Shown here: positions 59,006 to 64,000 of the stretch, one piece after another | Layout of the letters: each line of letters starts with the position of its first letter | How positions within the stretch are numbered: the first letter of the stretch is position 1 | DNA from: Thermodesulfobacteriota bacterium | GTDB lineage: Bacteria; Desulfobacterota; QYQD01 | Length of the DNA: 64,000 nt | NCBI GenBank assembly: GCA_040755415.1 | Contig: JBFMAZ010000082.1 | Coordinates: 66,296-130,295, forward strand | Direction: 5' to 3' | The notes under the pieces: generated by a model | The model's database searches: none | What the model was told of the DNA's origin: nothing | What the model saw: the letters and a program-made list of their open reading frames with translations, nothing else | Made by a program: the position numbers and the translations under genes

Positions 59006-59557
59006 TTACTGTTGCAGGTCAGCCAGAGCCGACCTCAATTTTGCCTTGGCTCTGGCCAGCAGACCCTCAATTGCCTCGGAGGTCGTCTCCATCACCTCGG
59101 CTGTCTCCTCCTGGGAAAGCCCCTGAAAGCGCCGCAGGATAAGGGCCAATCTCTGTCTTTCCGGTAGCATCTCTATGGCCTGTCTGACGCGGATCTCCCT
59201 TTCCGCCCGGATCATCTCCTCCTGCGGAGATTCTGTTTCCGTCTTCTGTTCCGGTAATTTCTCAAGTATCCGCAGGGCCTTAAGCTCGTTCAAACAAACG
59301 TTTTTGGCGATGCGGTAGAGCCAGACTTTAAAAAGTGATCGCGCCTCATATAGCGGCGCTGATTTGTACACTCGCAGGAAAACCTCCTGAGTAAGGTCCT
59401 CAGCCAGCAACCGGTCGTTGGTGTAGCGATAGAAAAGATTGAGTAGACCCCGCTGGTGACGGGAAACCAGTGTGGCAACGGCGTTATAATCCCGTCGCGC
59501 TATCAGCGCCATCAGCTCCTCATCCGATTTGTCGTTGTATTCGAGGGTACTACCCAT
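59006..59557 (-). CDS. ECF-type RNA polymerase sigma-70 factor.
   Basis: Sigma-70 region 2 (DLTQEVFLRVY) and region 4 (LSQEETAEVMETTSEAIEGLLARA). Confidence 0.85.
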   Translation of the reverse strand: MGSTLEYNDKSDEELMALIARRDYNAVATLVSRHQRGLLNLFYRYTNDRLLAEDLTQEVFLRVYKSAPLYEARSLFKVWLYRIAKNVCLNELKALRILEKLPEQKTETESPQEEMIRAEREIRVRQAIEMLPERQRLALILRRFQGLSQEETAEVMETTSEAIEGLLARAKAKLRSALADLQQ

Positions 59558-59566
59558 TTCCGCAGC

Positions 59567-60739
59567 CTACAGCCTTATCCATCTCCGCTCAAGCACTTGG
59601 TACAGTATGATTCCCACCAGGAATGCAGCCCCCATATTCCACATGGCGAAACCGGCCACCACTAACATTACGTACACATCCTCCTTCTTACTGCCGATGT
59701 CTTTTGTGGTGATGGCCAGCTCCGTCCCGGCAAAGAATAAAATAACACCTAACACCGCCTTTGGAAAGGCGTTGAACAACATGCCTACCGAGTGGCTGAA
59801 GAAGAGGGCCAGCAGCATCATTATCACGCCAAGCACAACCAGCGATCCGCCGGTACGAGCCCCGAAGCGCACGTGACCGGCCATACCACCCGCGCCATGA
59901 CACATCGGTATCCCCCCGAAAGGTGCCGAAGCCAAGTTTATCAGCCCTTGCGAAACGGCCATCATGCGGTCGGTTACCGGCCTGTCCGGAAAGAGTTCGT
60001 TGTTTTCAGCCCTTATAGCTATCACGGCATTCCCGATAGTCAGAGGTAGTTGCGGTATGCCGAGGACCAACATGCCCGTTACGAATTCATTCCAACTCAT
60101 ACGCCCGAAGGTGAAGTCGGGAAACCGGAAGGAGGGACGCATCGACAACAGTTGTTTGCCCAGGTTCGGATCCATAAGGTAAGCGGCCACGGCACCGAGC
60201 AGGAGGAGGGCGAACATCGCCGGTATCCTCGGATTAGTCAGCAGAAAATACGTAATCAAGAGGCCCAGACCAGCCAGCCAGGGAGTGGTCATCATCATCG
60301 TCACCCCTTGGGTAATGAATAAGAGACCTAATCCCAGTACAATGCCCCGGATGATCGGCTTGGCAGCAAGCTTCGTGGCCACGTTTATCATCTTGGTGGC
60401 CCCGGCCAGGAACCAGAAGATGCCGGTGAAGAGACCCGCGCCGCAGATCATGCCCGCACTGATAGCTCCTCCGGATGCAATCGCCGCTCCGCCAATGGCT
60501 TTCATGGGCTGGACCGGAATGGGTGTCTTGTAATAAAGTCCGACCAGTACCTCACTAAGCCCGAACATGAAGAGGATACCCCGTGGGTCAACCTTCATGA
60601 CGGCTATGTAGCCGACCACGAAAGGTATCAACGTGCCGAGGTCCCCGAAGGCCCCAGCTATTTCCACACGGTCGTACTTGTTTTTACCGAGGGTCCAGCG
60701 CTTAGTCCAGGGTATGTCAACAGGTGGAGTCGTCTCCAT
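59567..60739 (-). CDS. MOT1-family molybdate transporter (SulP-related permease).
   Basis: EIAGAFGDLGTLIPFVV and GGIPMCHGAGGMAGHVRFGARTG match the two conserved MOT1 motifs. 390 aa, polytopic. Confidence 0.6.
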   Translation of the reverse strand: METTPPVDIPWTKRWTLGKNKYDRVEIAGAFGDLGTLIPFVVGYIAVMKVDPRGILFMFGLSEVLVGLYYKTPIPVQPMKAIGGAAIASGGAISAGMICGAGLFTGIFWFLAGATKMINVATKLAAKPIIRGIVLGLGLLFITQGVTMMMTTPWLAGLGLLITYFLLTNPRIPAMFALLLLGAVAAYLMDPNLGKQLLSMRPSFRFPDFTFGRMSWNEFVTGMLVLGIPQLPLTIGNAVIAIRAENNELFPDRPVTDRMMAVSQGLINLASAPFGGIPMCHGAGGMAGHVRFGARTGGSLVVLGVIMMLLALFFSHSVGMLFNAFPKAVLGVILFFAGTELAITTKDIGSKKEDVYVMLVVAGFAMWNMGAAFLVGIILYQVLERRWIRL

Positions 60740-60850
60740 TATAGACTACCTCCTTTCTCACTCAGTTTATGTGTATAAACAACTTGTGGACAGAAATCCT
60801 TCGCATGAGATGATCTTTTTATTACTCCGGCGACAAAATATCCAAATAGG

Positions 60851-60988
60851 CTATTCCCGCGAAACCTGTCCCCGACACCGATCGGGGAGCGGGAATCCAG
60901 CAAAAAGGAGATGGTTTCCCGTTTTCATGGGAAACCCTGAATGCCGGATCAAGCCTGTCCTCAACTTGATTGGGGATCCGGCATGACA
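60851..60988. repeat. Family-4 palindromic repeat, copy 2, in the leader of the MOT1 gene.
   Basis: Three hairpins (ATTCCCGC...GCGGGAAT; GGTTTCCC...GGGAAACC; ATGCCGGATC...GATCCGGCAT). The reverse complement aligns with 55877-55957. Confidence 0.55.
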
Positions 60989-61104
60989 AGTACTTAATTG
61001 CCAGGTTAATATGCAGCTTGTTTTGGAAAAAGAAATATATTTGAAATGGCTGTTGGGACTTCTCGGGATGTATTGCGACGCGAGGCTGCAAAAATTTGTG
61101 CCGC

Positions 61105-61554
61105 CTACGGCAGGTCACATACCGCCCAGACATGAAAATGTCCTACCTTCTTCCGGCCTACCCCTACCGCACCCTTATACAGGTAAAGCGCCCAAGCCCA
61201 GTCTGGTTCAAATACACTGGTGGTAGATGACCAGTACACCTCCTGTACTTCCTCAAACGGATGCCCGGAAGGAAGGGCCGGGCTGTGGGCCGAACAATCC
61301 ACAAGTGACTCCAGTTCATTTATATTCGGCAGACGCCATTGGCTGCTCCCGCCCAGGCCAATCCGGTTTAACGACTCTACCACTGTGAAGGCATCCGGCC
61401 AGGTTACCCCGCGCCCGGCCAGATCCGCCTTCCGCATCCACCTGAGCCCGGTGAGACGGTCTATAGCCGTTTCACCCTCAACGTCGAAGCGGGGCGCTGG
61501 CCAGGGACAACCGGCCCTTATCTCCCCATCCTGCCCACGACACGCCGCCGGCAT
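61105..61554 (-). CDS. DUF1566 (Lcl C-terminal-domain-like) protein.
   Basis: IDRLTGLRWMRKADL...WRLPNINELESLVD...EVYWSSTT pattern of DUF1566. The ORF-track start at 61791 overlaps the upstream paralog, so the internal Met at about 61554 is preferred. Confidence 0.5.
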   Translation of the reverse strand: MPAACRGQDGEIRAGCPWPAPRFDVEGETAIDRLTGLRWMRKADLAGRGVTWPDAFTVVESLNRIGLGGSSQWRLPNINELESLVDCSAHSPALPSGHPFEEVQEVYWSSTTSVFEPDWAWALYLYKGAVGVGRKKVGHFHVWAVCDLP

Positions 61555-61663
61555 CTCCTGGCCGCCGCAACCGATCTCCAGCCCTTCTGCATCAAAACAG
61601 TGCCTCTGCCCCGTAACCGGCAGTACACTACTTTCTCCCCGCACCGGCCAGAGGAGATGATAC

Positions 61664-62032
61664 TCATCTTTCCGGCCGTAAAACATCCGCCCCCCCTTCC
61701 ATGTGCACATACCAGGCATAGGCCGGGTTAATGGCCGCACTTGTGGAGGTCCAGTACCAGCCGGGAAAGACATTGGTAAAAGGGTGCCCATCGGACAAGG
61801 CGGGTTTCCTGGCCTGATGGCTCAGGAGGCTACGCAGCTCCCGCCGGTTGGGCAGCCGCCAGTCTGTAAACCCCAAGGCTCGCTCGCCGTTCATAACCGC
61901 TACAAAGTCCAGGGCCTCTCCCCATGGCAATGGGAACCCGGTCAGATTGGCATTACAGCTCCAGATCAGTCCGGTCAGGTGGTCTAACACGACCTCACCG
62001 TTAACCGTAAAGCGTTCCTCCGGCCATGACAT
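61664..62032 (-). CDS. DUF1566 protein (paralog).
   Basis: LDHLTGLIWSCNANL...WRLPNRRELRSLLS...GWYWTSTS. Confidence 0.55.
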   Translation of the reverse strand: MSWPEERFTVNGEVVLDHLTGLIWSCNANLTGFPLPWGEALDFVAVMNGERALGFTDWRLPNRRELRSLLSHQARKPALSDGHPFTNVFPGWYWTSTSAAINPAYAWYVHMEGGADVLRPER

Positions 62033-62172
62033 GCCTTTTTAAATTCGGCATCCTGGCCGCTACCGGCACAGGGGATCTCATGGCCAACCGCATCGTAGCA
62101 CCGGACCTGACCCGTTTGGAGGTAGCACGGCATCCCCATTCTTACCTGTGTCCCGTACGTGTATTATGAAAT

Positions 62173-62278
62173 GGTCAGCAGTCAATAGTCAGTAGTCTGT
62201 TGCAACCCGACATGGGCGGATCTTCGACGAACAACGGACAATACGTGCTCAGTGGTGAAAAGGCTTTTTATGAACGAA
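62173..62278. repeat. Family-2 repeat copy, close match to 53101-53191.
   Basis: CAGTAGTCTGTTGCAAC...ACAACGGACAATACGTGCTCAGTGGTGAAAAGGCTTTTTATGAACGAAC. Confidence 0.6.
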
Positions 62279-62367
62279 CTACCCCGCCTAAACGAGGCAA
62301 GTTTCGGGGAATTTAATCCAATGACTCACGAAAATCTGTGTAATATGCGTAATCTGTGGATGAAAAA

Positions 62368-64000
62368 TTAATTTCGTTTTTCTTTATAATCGCATTCTTT
62401 CTGCGGGCAGCGGATCTGTTTGGTGCCGTTCTTGTCAGTTTTGAGGAGCAGGAAAGGAGACTTGCATCTGGGGCATTCTTCGGCTACGGGCTGTTCCCAG
62501 GTGGCAAACTGACATTTTGGATACTTGCTGCAACCATAGAAAACCCGTCCCTTTTTCGTACGTTTTTGAATGATCTCACCGCTACAGTCAGGTTCAGGGC
62601 ACTTTATACCGGTACCCAAAGGCCGTGTGTTTTTACAATCCGGATAACCGGAGCAGGCCAGGAACACCCCAAACCGGCCCCGCTTCTGCACCATGGGCCG
62701 TCCACACTTTTCACAGGTCCCGTAAGACTTTTCCTCGTCTTTTTGTATCTCGATCTTTCCATTTCGATCGCGATTAAAATCCTTGGTGTTTCTACACGCC
62801 GGGTAGTTGGAGCAGGCCAGGAAGGGACCGCTTTTGCCGGTCTTAATTACCATGGGATTTCCACATTTATCGCAGGTCACATCCGTAGGCAGTCCCTGTC
62901 CCTTAAGAGAAACCATATTGCCCTCAGCCTGGTCCAGCCGCTCTTTAAAAGGACCGTAGAAATGCTGCAGGGTGTCCGCCCAGTTGGCCCGGGCCTCTTC
63001 GATCTTATCCAGCTCATCTTCCATCCGGGCAGTAAACTTCACATTAAGTATATCCGGAAAATGATTGACCAGGAGGTCAGTGACCAGGAAGCCCAGCTCT
63101 GTAGGTCTGAAGTATCCTTTTTCAAGGCTGGCGTATTTCCGGCCCTGGATGTGTGAAAGGATAGTGGCATAGGTACTCGGCCGGCCGATACCGCTTTCCT
63201 CCAGGGTCTTTATGAGGGTGGCCTCGGTAAAGCGGGGCGGCGGCTGGGTGAAGTGTTGCTTTGGGGTCAGGTCCAGGAGTCTTAATGCCTCACCCACTGC
63301 AAGTTTGGGGAGGGTTATATCACCCGCCTCTCCGTTTTCATCCAGTCCCTCTACATAGAGGGCCATAAATCCAGGGAATTTCATTATAGTTCCGGTGGCG
63401 CGGAATCCGCAAGAACCGGCCTCTATATCTACTATGATCTGATCCATAACGGCTGAAGACATCTGGCTGGCCGTAAATCTCTTCCAGATCAGGTCATATA
63501 AGAGGAAATGGTCTTTAGAGAGAAAGTCCTTTACCTTTTCTGGGGTAAGCGATGGATCTGCCGGCCGGACGGCCTCATGGGCTTCCTGAGCGCTTTTACG
63601 GCTTTTATAGACATTTGGCCTGGCGGGAAGATATTCCGGGCCAAAGGTCTGTTTTATTACCTCTCTGATGCCGGTCACGGCCTCGGCGCTAAGGCGCGTA
63701 GAGTCAGTACGCATATAGGTAATGAGACCGATCGGGCCCTCCTCGCCCAGGTCTATTCCTTCATAGAGTTGCTGGGCCAGGAGCATGGTCTTCTTGGCCG
63801 GAAAACGCAGCTTGCGATAAGCCTCCTGCTGCAGGGTGCTGGTTATGAAAGGAGGGTTGGGGTGACGTTTTTTCTCCTTACGCTCTACCTTTATGACCCG
63901 GTAGGTCTGTCCCTCCAGGTCTTTCAGTACCTTTTCGGCCTGGGTCTGATCCTTGATCTTTATTTTTTTCTGGTCAAGGGTGAGCAGTCTGGCCTCGAAG
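62368..64000 (-). CDS. topA: DNA topoisomerase I; the 5' end lies beyond the window end.
   Basis: The frame stays open to nt 64000 (...FITSTLQQEAYRKL...). Toprim/Topo IA core and C-terminal Cys4 zinc-ribbon repeats. Confidence 0.85.
   Translation of the reverse strand, partial: FEARLLTLDQKKIKIKDQTQAEKVLKDLEGQTYRVIKVERKEKKRHPNPPFITSTLQQEAYRKLRFPAKKTMLLAQQLYEGIDLGEEGPIGLITYMRTDSTRLSAEAVTGIREVIKQTFGPEYLPARPNVYKSRKSAQEAHEAVRPADPSLTPEKVKDFLSKDHFLLYDLIWKRFTASQMSSAVMDQIIVDIEAGSCGFRATGTIMKFPGFMALYVEGLDENGEAGDITLPKLAVGEALRLLDLTPKQHFTQPPPRFTEATLIKTLEESGIGRPSTYATILSHIQGRKYASLEKGYFRPTELGFLVTDLLVNHFPDILNVKFTARMEDELDKIEEARANWADTLQHFYGPFKERLDQAEGNMVSLKGQGLPTDVTCDKCGNPMVIKTGKSGPFLACSNYPACRNTKDFNRDRNGKIEIQKDEEKSYGTCEKCGRPMVQKRGRFGVFLACSGYPDCKNTRPLGTGIKCPEPDCSGEIIQKRTKKGRVFYGCSKYPKCQFATWEQPVAEECPRCKSPFLLLKTDKNGTKQIRCPQKECDYKEKRN

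Noticed and set aside
60740-61104. Possible Moco (or other) riboswitch in the structured 5' leader of the molybdate transporter gene.
   Set aside because: The three hairpins align, in reverse complement, with another intergenic element at 55877-55957 downstream of a usp gene. It is better explained as a copy of a dispersed palindromic repeat. An Rfam scan is still suggested.
62356-63156. 266-aa + strand ORF.
   Set aside because: Antisense to topA, whose frame is continuous with clear homology; spurious. The same applies to other long antisense ORFs (8702-9175, 11309-13348 set, 20378-21110, 21847-22368, 25352-26110, 27595-29403, 32787-33515, 37970-39472, 50146-51385, 53925-54634).
1-64000. 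CRISPR arrays, tRNA or rRNA genes.
   Set aside because: No regularly spaced direct repeats with unique spacers were seen. The repeats present are palindromic MITE-like elements with irregular spacing. No cloverleaf-like tRNA candidates were recognised in intergenic regions; not exhaustively folded.

Overview
Bacterial chromosomal window that looks like an anaerobe, possibly Desulfobacterota-like. The hints are a Qrc/Psr-like molybdopterin oxidoreductase operon with a pentaheme cytochrome c, L-aspartate oxidase (nadB), and an ftsH-folP-cdaA-cdaR-glmM cluster. Housekeeping blocks (TPP enzyme, nadB, mpl, pgm, tilS-ftsH-folP-cdaA-cdaR-glmM-coaX-ldcA, topA, and metal/stress genes: Usp, split chrA, ECF sigma/anti-sigma, MOT1 molybdate transporter) are interrupted by two accessory regions.

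Region 1, about 4.8-13.4 kb:
- RelE/ParE-type toxin-antitoxin pair.
- A Pol-beta-type nucleotidyltransferase translationally coupled to a Cas4/RecB-like nuclease with an RNaseH-like domain.
- A radical SAM protein, a Prim-Pol protein and a Hel308-like helicase.

Region 2, about 26.7-42.2 kb, is a decaying defence island:
- A complete Type I R-M operon (hsdM-hsdS-DUF3800-hsdR).
- An IS3-family orfA remnant and three truncated methyltransferase 5' fragments.
- A translationally coupled DUF262 + HEPN pair.
- Two paralogous AlbA_2/Schlafen-like ATPase genes, one with an N-terminal DUF4062, and a relic copy of their 3' end.

The window is also unusually rich in small palindromic MITE-like repeat families, almost all intergenic. 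One 114-bp copy sits in frame inside the mpl coding sequence. No rRNA, tRNA or CRISPR array was recognised.
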